Assembly (NCBI GenBank): GCA_964490075.1
Contig: CAZBBK010000051.1
Span: 1 to 41,996, forward strand
Origin: an uncultured Gemmatimonadota bacterium
GTDB lineage: Bacteria > GCA-2686955
Length of the DNA stretch: 41,996 nt
Direction of reading: 5' to 3'
This document shows positions 41,957 to 41,996 of the stretch, piece by piece (position 1 is the stretch's first letter; the number at the start of each line of letters is the position of its first letter). Position numbers and translations under genes: made by a program. A model generated the notes under the pieces. It was not told the DNA's origin. It searched no databases and worked only from the letters and a program-made list of their open reading frames with translations.

Positions 41957-41996
41957 TATCGACTTCCTAGGAAGTCCGCAGAGAGCCCGAAAGCTG

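Noticed and set aside
41761-41970. 69-aa ORF near the window end
   Set aside because: It lies almost entirely within the tmRNA gene.

Overview
GC-rich bacterial chromosomal segment from a diderm organism (it encodes a TonB-dependent receptor), with about 35 genes and no CRISPR array, transposase or integrase. Recognisable core genes are clpB, hflX, ssrA (tmRNA, tag ADNQLAMAA), thpR, a YgiQ radical SAM protein, a PP2C phosphatase, MATE and CDF transporters, an aldo-keto reductase and a TetR-alkB pair. Accessory content includes a GAF-sigma54 activator, two toxin-antitoxin modules (Phd/PIN and XRE/nucleotidyltransferase), a YfiR-TBDR-hybrid kinase signalling locus, two GT-C glycosyltransferase-like membrane proteins, a polyprenyl-phosphate glycosyltransferase and several secreted proteins. 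The main observations are: (1) four unrelated secreted proteins share a ~110-aa C-terminal beta-rich domain, a candidate lineage-specific sorting or anchoring domain, and one copy stands alone behind a sigma54 promoter, a palindromic enhancer and a structured leader; (2) a ParA/Soj ATPase fused to a glycogen-binding CBM48-like domain is coupled to a degenerate MinD/FlhG-like partner, a candidate glucan-granule positioning system; (3) hflX appears to need a non-AUG (ATA) start; (4) the XRE antitoxin has an in-frame TGA beside an intact toxin-like gene; (5) a collapsed pseudogene joins an Asp-box N-terminus to a FlgD-Ig/T9SS-type C-terminal tail; (6) a small protein just upstream of ssrA ends in an SspB-like LKVV motif. 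All calls were made by eye from motifs, and no database searches were run.
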